This document shows, one piece after another, positions 63,560-64,000 of a DNA stretch of 64,000 nt. Each line of letters opens with the position of its first letter. The first letter of the stretch is position 1. The notes under the pieces were generated by a model. It was given only the letters and a program-made list of their open reading frames with translations. It had not been told where the DNA came from and searched no databases. The translations under genes were made by a program, and so were the position numbers. The DNA comes from Somniosus microcephalus. Its lineage: Eukaryota. The DNA is taken from positions 217,620,001-217,684,000 of the forward strand of contig CM126207.1 in NCBI GenBank assembly GCA_052327205.1, in the 5' to 3' direction.

Positions 63560-64000
63560 GGCCTCGATTTTCATTGAGCCGTGGAGTCGGGATTGGAGGC
63601 GTGGGGTGGGGTACAATCCCCAAATCAGGGGTCCCGACCCCACCCTGCACCCAACCCGCCTCCATGCCAGTTTCAAAGGAGGCGGGTACCCGTCCCGCAC
63701 TGGGACCCGCCTCTCCGAGGCGGGAAGGGATTAGTGCCAATTAACTGCCCGTTAACAGGTAGTTAACAGGCAGTTTTTAGCCTAATCCCTATTTTTAATG
63801 TTGAAGTGTGGGATTCCCGATGGCCGCAAACCACGCCAAGTTAGAGGAGTCGGGCCGTCGTGTTGAAGGAGTTGGAGGGGGTCGAGATGTCGGTGTTCAG
63901 GTGAGTGATGTGTGCATGAGTGCAAAGGTAAGTGTGTTTGGTGTGTCGAAAGTGATTAAAGAAGTTTTACATACCTTTTCTTACCTTTACAGCCTTCCTT
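63560..64000 (-). mobile_element. Second, inverted copy of the 4361-5200 MITE family (runs off the window end)
   Basis: Reverse complement of ~4765-5200 (e.g. GGGATTAGTGCCAATTAACTGCC...TTTTTAGCCTAATCCCTATTTT); preceded by TAA. Confidence 0.9.

Noticed and set aside
1-64000. CRISPR arrays or other prokaryotic systems
   Set aside because: Eukaryotic intron-containing locus; no regularly spaced repeat-spacer array seen.

Overview
Vertebrate genomic DNA, most likely from a cartilaginous fish (HE1/V-SINE-like and SacSINE1/DeuSINE-like repeats, abundant CR1). The only host gene is a complete four-exon Iroquois homeobox gene, Irx3 (+ strand, CDS 23598-26340, 450 aa). It sits in a ~17.7 kb CpG-retaining domain with no recognisable transposons and is surrounded by candidate conserved non-coding elements. 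The flanks carry CR1, L2 and RTE LINE fragments, SINEs, a decayed two-gene PIF/Harbinger transposon, about eight Harbinger-type MITEs (most with 3-bp TSDs), a Penelope-type palindromic element with hammerhead-like cores, and a young full-length Gypsy LTR retrotransposon whose long ORF is open but which appears disabled. The most interesting unannotated signal is a GC-rich segment ~4 kb downstream of Irx3 (30505-30723) that translates, across one stop codon, into what looks like a decayed Sowah N-terminal winged-helix domain. This would be a relic of the ancient Iroquois-Sowah linkage, but the match is by eye and needs a profile search.
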